From Rhizaria sp. SCN 62-66 (taxonomy: Eukaryota): DNA of 50,516 nucleotides. The position numbers were made by a program, and so were the translations under genes. Under the pieces are notes generated by a model. That model worked only from the letters and a program-made list of their open reading frames with translations, ran no database searches and was not told the DNA's origin. Below, piece by piece: positions 35,448-43,500 of the stretch. The stretch's first letter is position 1. The number at the start of each line of letters is the position of its first letter. The stretch lies in contig MEDY01000290.1 in the NCBI GenBank assembly GCA_001724265.1, positions 1 through 50,516 on the forward strand. The letters run 5' to 3'.

Positions 35448-36847
35448 TTAGAGCTTGGCCTGCATCTTGCCGCCCGCGCTGAGCATGGGCATGACCTGCT
35501 TGCCGAGCACGTCCTCAGCCTGGCGCACGATGTTCTCGATGAGCTCCTTGCACGTGGGGATGTCGTCGATGAGCGCCATCGAAAGCCCGCATGACCACAC
35601 GCTACTCTCCGTGTCGCCGGACTCCTGTACATAGCCACAACAGCCAGCAACATAACAACAGAGTTGAGTGTGAGGGACATACAAGCAGATATTGCGAAGA
35701 AACCAAAGTAAAACGCAAAAAAAGCAAAAAATAAATCAGATAATACAGAATTACATATTATATCGAACATTTACGCCGAAAGAAAGTTAATTACATATAT
35801 GAACATTGATTTTGAGGTATTAAGAGTCGTGCGTACTTGGAAAGACTTGCGGTAGTTCTCGCCCTTAATGTAGGGCAGCACCTTGCTGAGGTCGCCGGGG
35901 TGCGCCTTCTCCAGTTCCTGCACCTTGGAGGCGGTGGGGTTCTTGTACACGCGTTCGGTGTTCTTGAGCGTGCGTAGGACAAGCGTGGTCGAGTTCTCGT
36001 CGCCCTTGACGAGCGCCTGCTTGATGTTATCGTGGATCGGCGCCTCCTTGGTCGCCATAAAGCGCGTACCCATGTTCATGCCCTGCGCGCCCAGACACAG
36101 CGCGGCCGCGAGCTGGCGGCCGTCCGCGCAGCCGCCCGAGGCGACGAAGGGGATCTTGAGACGCTTGGCGGCGACGGGCAGCAGAACGAAGTTGCCGACG
36201 TCCTCCTCACCCGGGTGGCCGCCGCACTCGAAGCCGTCCATGCTGATGATGTCGGCGCCCAGGCGCTGCGCCGTCAGCGCGTGGCGGATCGCGACGCACT
36301 TGTGGATGACGATGAGGTTGTGCTCCTTGAACAGCTTAATCACCTTCTCGGGGTTGCGGCCAGCGGTCCTGTGCAAGAACGCCGCCAAAACAAAGCACAA
36401 TAGTTAAAAAACAAAGCAATGAGTTAGAATAAGGCCGAAATAAGTTAATTACACGATATAGCAAAAACAAAAGGGTGATTGCGTTACAGTACACGTGTTA
36501 AAGTGCATGTATAGTGCGATTTATGCGGTTGTTACTTGAAGCACGTACTCGACGATCTTGATGCCCTCCTCGATGATGACCTTGCAGTAGGACGCGTAGT
36601 CGGGCGGGACGAGCGCGGGCAGCAGCGTCATGTTGACGCCGAAGGGCTTGTTGGTGAGCTTGCGGCACTTGCGGATCTCCTCGCGCAGCTTCTCAGCGGT
36701 GGGCTGCGTCAGCGCGGTGATGATACCGAGACCACCCGCGTTGGAGACGGCGGCGGCGAGCTCGGCGTAGCCGACGTAGTGCATGCCGCCCTGAATAATC
36801 GGGTGCTTAATGCCCAGCATCTTCGTGACCTGGTTCTCGAACGGCAT
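35448..36847 (-). CDS. Nitronate monooxygenase / 2-nitropropane dioxygenase (FabK-like FMN TIM barrel) with C-terminal PTS1; exons 36847-36549, 36368-35837, 35624-35448 (335 aa)
   Basis: HPIIQGGM, AAAVSNAGGLG, KPFGVN, ETAG (across intron 1), DGFECGGHPG, ASGG.ADGR.LAAAL.LGA.G..MGTRFMATKEAP.H, and terminal QAKL*. Both introns are GTACG...CAG and in phase. Confidence 0.92.
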
Positions 36848-37593
36848 GGGGCCGGGGAGACGCTGGGTGCGGCACGGGGGCAGGGCGGGCAGGTGCAAGG
36901 GGGGGAGTGGGCAAGGTGAAAGTATCGGAGGATGAGGCGGCGGCCATATAAGCGACTGAGAGATATGAATAAGACAATAAATAGAACAACACGCTGTTGA
37001 CATGGAAAGATGTAAATAAGCACAATGACACGTCGGAGAGAGCCGCTGCAGTCTGTTGTGCTCCTTGACCCAATGTCGACGCTGCCGACTCGCTCACTTG
37101 GTCTGGTGACCGTGGGCGCCAGCCGCTGGCTGACCGACCGACTGATTGACCGGTCTGCGAGAAGTTGAGGAGATGAGTTCGTTGTCATTTGATTGTTGTT
37201 TTCCTATTTAATAACGTGCCTGTTATTGTAAACCTTGTGGCCCATTTGGGATTTTGATTATACTTCTCCAATTGACCGTTATCCTTCGGTATCTTCCTTG
37301 CAAGGAACACCTCTCGCTGTTCTCTTTTTCATTGCTCGATCTTGCCACTTTCCGTCTTACTCTCACCCGGATCCTTTATGTTCCTTTCATCTACTACCCT
37401 AGGCCTCTTTCCACTTTACTTTTGTGTCTTGCTGACTGCGCTAGAGCCTCTAAGCTGTTTCCTTAGGCTGGCTTATCGCCCTCGCATTCGCGTCCGACTT
37501 TCACGGCGCTTTGCTATCGCTAACACAGCAACGCGACTCTCCAACCTGAGAGTATAATTTACACACAGTAGTGCTTTCTGCGCATTCACCCCC

Positions 37594-40500
37594 ATGCAGA
37601 CGACCTTCTGCGTTGAGCGCGAGCTCACGCGTCCGACCGTGATCGAGCACTCTCTGCGCGCCCACTTCACGTCGCCTGACGCGATCAACCTTGTCGTCGC
37701 TAAGGCCACCGCGCTCGAGGTGTTCGAGCTGCGCCCGGAGTTCGCGGACGAGGTCGCCACTACGAACAACCTTGCTATCTCACACGCGCCGGTGCAGTCC
37801 AGCGACGCGGGCGCATCAAGCAGTGAGAGCATCAACAGTAGCAGCAGCAGTACAAGTAGCAGTAACAGTAGCGGTGCAAGCGACGACGCTGCCGCGATCA
37901 CGTCTCGCTCTGGCGGCTCTGGCTCCAACAGCACGAACAGCGTTGTGGAGTCCGTCCTCGCCCGCCAGACGCAGCACCCCGAGTCGGCCTCGCAGCCGCC
38001 GCTGCTGCGCGTGCTGGAGACGCGCGTCTACGGGCGCATTGAGGCGTTGCGCAGCATCCAGCTGCCGCACCGCGACACGCACAGCCTGCTTGTGGCCTGC
38101 CCCGACGCCAAGCTCTCGGTGGTGCATTTCGACCGCGCCACGCAGTCGCTGCAGACGCTCGGCATGCACTGCTTCGACCACTGGAGGCCCGACGGCGCTG
38201 GCGCAGCGACGCCAGCGGCCACCCGAGCCTCTGCCGCGGCGCCGCCGCTGCTCGCGGTGGACGGTGATAGCCGCTGCGCCGCAATGGCGTGCTTCGGCAA
38301 TCAGGTTATGATCTTCGGCCACAACCACCACCAGCGCGCGCTCTCCGCCACGCTCGGCGGCGCGAACGCAGGATCCAACGGCAGCGGGTCTAGCTCGAGT
38401 GCGAGTGCAGGCGCGGGCGCGAGCTCTAGCTTGGTGCCGCATAACCCCACGGGCGTCACCTCAGCGCTGTGTCTCTCCACCACGCTTGCGGCCCTCCCGG
38501 CGCCGCCCGCCGCCAAGGCTGCCTCGGCCTCGGCCGCCGCCGCCTCCGCCGCGGCCGCCGACACCGCCGCGGCCGCCGCGGCCGCGCTGACCGCTGCCGC
38601 GGCGTCGCCGCTGGCGCACACGATGACGCTGTCGCTGTCGCAGTATCTGTCGTGCCCCACCGCGCGCGTTAAGGACATGTTGTTTCTGCACGACACGGCG
38701 ACGCCGTCGCTGCTGCTGCTGGTCGAGACGCAGCGCACCTGGTCCGGCCGCTACAGCGCCGTCAAGGCCTCGTGCTCGCTGCTGGTGCTTTCGTTCCCGT
38801 CGCTGCACTCGCTGCCGACGCTGACGACCAAGCTCGACCACCTGCCCCACGACGCCTTCTCGCTCGTCCCTGTCCCGCCCTCCCTTCCCACCTCCACGCT
38901 GGGCCGCGGCTCCGGCTCCGGCACGGGCGCGGGCGCGGGCGCGCGCGGTGAGAGCAACGGTGTGCTGATCCTCTCCGCGTCGTGCATCTACCACTTCCAC
39001 AACCTGGTCATCGCGTACACGCTCGCGACGAACGAGTTCGGCGACAACTCGGAACACTCGAACAACACCAGCGGCAGCAGCGGCGCGCTCTACCGCACCG
39101 TCCCCATGGCCACACCGAGCTATTCGCATAGCGCGGGCAACGGTGATGGCTACTCAACGAACAACAGTAACAGCGAGGACAACGTGATTACTGCCTGCGG
39201 TATCGACCTCACGCACGCAAAGATCGCCTTCTTTGCCGCTAATGACGTATCTAACGCTGCTAATCGCAGTAACGCTTTTGGCGGTGGCGGTGGCGGTCGC
39301 TGGGGTCCGTCGCATATGCAGCAGCAACCGCAGTCGCAGCAAATCTTGGCTTTGCTCACCACGGCCACGGGTGCGGGCTACATCCTTACTCTGCAGCTGT
39401 CGGACGCCAATGTAAGGGGCATGGTACTTACCCCCGTCGCGGGTGCCGACTGGGGGCTCTTCGCGTCCACCCTTACACGTCTGGCGAAGGGGGTCGTGTT
39501 CATGGGCAGTCGTCTCGCCGACTCGCTCCTGCTCCAAATCTGCTGCTCACAGTTGCGATCGCAGAACACCACTAACGCCGATGCAGAGCAGCAGTCTGGT
39601 GGTTTCACGCCTAGCGGCTTGACTTCCGCCCTCAGCGGCCAAACCTCCGCGCAGCCGCCCGCGCTGGCGAGCACGCTGCTGGTGCGCGACACGCTGCCGA
39701 ACCTTGCGCCGCTGACGCACCTCAGCGCGGCGCCGCACGCGAGCGCCAACGACCCGGTGCCGCCGCCGCAGCGGCCGCCGTCGTCGTGCCTGGGCCCCGG
39801 GCCACGCGCGTTGCAGCCGACGCACGCGGAGCAGAGCGCGGCCGTCAAAGGCGGCGCCGCGCCGCTGCCTGTGCGCGTGTCGGCCTGCAGCGGCTACGAG
39901 CGCGGCGGCAAGCTCGTGCAATTCAAGCAGGGCGTTGCGCCGCGGCTGTTGGCGTTTGCGCCCGTCGCCGCTGCGCCGGTCCTCGTCTCGTCCTCGCAGC
40001 CGAGCTCACACGACGACGGCGCAAGCTCGAGCGGCGCGAGCGCGGCAAGCAGCAACGCTAGCGCGCCTGCGCTGTTTCCGTTCGTCCCGAACGCGGTCAC
40101 GTCTCTGTACCCGCTGCTGCTGCCGACCGCGCTCGCCGACACGGCAGCTGCGGCCGCCGCCAACTCGGTTGCCGGCCGGCCGCTGGCCGCGCTGGCCGTG
40201 GTGCGTAACGACCACCGCCGCCGCCGCCGTCTGCGCGAGAAGATCACTGCCACGGGTGTCGCAGGTCCTGGTGCTTCTGCAGCGGCTGCGGCCGAGGTCG
40301 CGGAGACGGCGGCCGAGCTCGCCCGCACGGCGGCGGCGGCGGCCGCGTTTGAGCAGGCGCTGGTGACGTTTGAGAGCGAAAAGAAGGTTTTATCCGGGTT
40401 TCTCCCCGCGCCGCCTGTTTCCTCTGCGGCCGCAGTGGACGGCAGCGGGAGTGTAAGTACCCCCTCAGACGCCGTGAGCGCGAGCGTGCAGCAGTCGCTG

Positions 40501-43500
40501 CTGGTGGTGTCTCTGAGCGACGGCACGCGCGTCTTCGAAGTCGCTGACATTGCGCTGAACGACGTGCAGAAGCACCTGCAGACGCTTTCGCACCGCACGA
40601 AGGTCAGCACCACGAACGCAAACGCTATCACCAACAGCAATAACAGCAGCGGCAGCAACGCGAACAGCAGCACGAAGACGATGACTGACGCGGACGCCGA
40701 CTCTAGCAAGAACGACAGCTCGAACGCTGACGCTACGAGCTCAGACGGCGCGAGCAGCAGCAATGACAGTCCAAGCGACGACGCCGCCGAGGGCAACGAA
40801 GAGGAGGCCGTCGCGCTGCCCGAGCCCGTGCTGATGGCGCTTGACGCCATCCTGAACACGGGCGCGCTCGCCGAAGTGACCGACCAGACGCGGCTGCGGC
40901 GCCACGAGCCCACACTGGCGTGCGGCACCGTGCTCGGCGCGCTGGGCGCCGTGGTCCAGGTCACCGCGCGGGCCGTCGTGCTCTTCGACGGCTGCTACCA
41001 GGAGCTCTGCAGCATCAAGCCCACCTCGCAGTACGCCGCCGGCAACGCTGGCAATGCGGGGAGCATGAGCAACGCTGCTGCTGGCGGTGCCGCCGCGAGC
41101 GCCGGTGTCGGCAACGCTGCCGACGCGGCGAACGGCGTGAACGAGGACGTGGTCGTGGTCAAGGCAATCGTGCTAGACCCTTACGTTGTCGTCGAGCTAT
41201 CCAACGGCGCCCTCGTTAGTTATTACTTCAACGCGAACCCCGAGACTGAGGACTGGTACGCCGTCGCCGAGGTGCCCCCAGCCATTTACAGGGGTTTGAG
41301 TGCCGCTGGCGGCGCTGCGGGGATGAACACCACGAACCACACCGGCGTTGACAATGCAGCGGTGCCTGCGGCGCATGACGGCTTGAGTTATGACACGTCG
41401 CGCCTTCACTTCCCGCCGACGCAGAGCATCCCCCCCGTCTTCAATCACTCTAGCACTAGTTCCTACGATCCTGTGACGGCGATCACCGCGCAAAGCGTCA
41501 GTCTGTACTCGCTTTTCCCCGTGTTGACGCGCGCGCTGGCGACTTTACGCGACACCGCCATCGCAAACGGACTCGTCACTCCCCACGCACAGTCCGCGAG
41601 CAGTAGTACCGCGTCTATGGCTACTGCAACGACTAATGTCGACGGCGGCGTTGTGGCTGGCGCGTACCGCGTCGCGCGCGCGGTGCTGCAGCAGCTCGTG
41701 CGCTCCGGCGCGATCGCCGACCGGGCCACCGCGAGCAAAGCTGAGCTCGACCTCACCGCCATGGCCAAGGCGGCGTTCTCGCACATCCACACTCATGGCA
41801 ACGGCAACGGCAACGATAGCTCAGCTGTTTCGATCCCCGGGGTCGCGAGTGCGAATGCCCGTGTCGACGAGATGGTCGTGAAGCTGGAAAATGAATTCCT
41901 CGAGCACGGCGCCGTCGATTTTCTCGGTCCCGCGGCCCGCCGCTCCCGCGCGCACACCTCGGGCGGCGGAATTTTCGGCGACGATAGCGAGGACGCCGAC
42001 GTCCAGCTTGGCGCTCCCAACCCTTCCGGCAGTAACAACAACGGCGGCGGCGACGACGCCAACGACGACAGTGTGGCGCTGGGCCTGCCCCCGCTGCCGC
42101 CGCTGGCGCTGCTGTTCGTTGCCCGCGTGCGCGTGCTCGAAGTCTACGCGCTCGAGACGGGGCAGCTGCTCTTCGCGACGCCCACGCTCGGCAACCGCGC
42201 GCCGCTGCTGCCCAACGCGCTCCACAACAACGCAAGTAGCTCTAGCAACGCGAGTGCGGCTGCGGGCGGTAGAAACAGCGTGGCCGGCGCCGGCGAGGAG
42301 ACGGCAATGGTCGCGGCTACGGCGGCGACGACCGCGATCGCCCCCGCCATCACGGACCTCTGCGTGCCGCCCCCGCCGGCCTCGGACCCGCGCGCGGCCC
42401 TTCACCTCTTCGCGCTCGCGGAAACTGGAGACCTCTCCATTTTGCGCGCGTTCGAGTTCGCCCCGGCTTCGGTCTGGGCCTCGCTCGTCACGACCGCCTT
42501 CGCCACCTTCGTGCCCCTCCGCTCGCAGCAGCTAGGTGGCAGCGACGCTGTAGTCAACGCATCTACGACTGCAGTCGATCCGTACACCGGGAGCAAGGTC
42601 ACGTCTGAGTCTGCGTCTCTGTGGCCGTTCCTACTGGGCGCCCCATCCCTGTGGCTCTCGCACACCGGCAGCGCCAACAGCGGCGCCGGCGCCGCCTCGC
42701 GCCACAGCACCCGCGCGCAGAAGTCGCAGTGGCAGGCGGCGTCGCAGTGGCAGCCGTCGTCACTGCTATCGCTGCTGCCGCTCCACGCGCTGCCGCTGCG
42801 CTTCGTGCTGGCCCCGCACACGGCGGCCACGCGGCCCCTCGCCGGGGAGCGCGCCGCCGTCGACGCCCTGGCCGCGGCGCTGCGGACCGCGCTCGACGCC
42901 GTCCCCTCGCCCCCCGCGACTCCCTCCGCGCCGTCCGCGCCGTCCTCCGCGGCGGCGACGGCGGCGGCGCCGTTTCCCTTCGGGCTGACGGCCGAGTCTG
43001 CCAACGCGCTGTACGACATGATCACGGCGTCCAAGACGGTCACGGGCCAGCTCCTGACGCAGCAGCAGGCCGAGGCGCTGCAGGCCGAGGCGCTCACACA
43101 GACCAGCCTCGCCACTGCGGCGGCGACTGCCGCCGGCGGCGCGACCGCTGTTGCGTCGAGTGCCGCGAACGCTGCGAACTCGGCTGACTCGCAACAGTCG
43201 CAGCAGCCGGAGCAACCGCAGCAGCAACAACAGCAGCAGCAGCTTTCTGCAGTCGCCAGCATCAGCGCCAACAACAGCGTCAAGAGTCTCGTGCTTTCTC
43301 GCTATTTTCTTTCGCCCGCGTTCGACCTGCCTTCGCTGAACAAGCTCACCGCCTTCACCGACGTCTCGGGCCACTCCGGCGTCCTGCTCTCGGGCACGGC
43401 CCCGTACCTTTTTGCGCACTCGCGCGGCACGTACTCGGCGCACCCGCTGCTGCCGCCCGCAGCCCCGCTGCCGCCACGCATGCTGCCATCGCTGTTGCTG

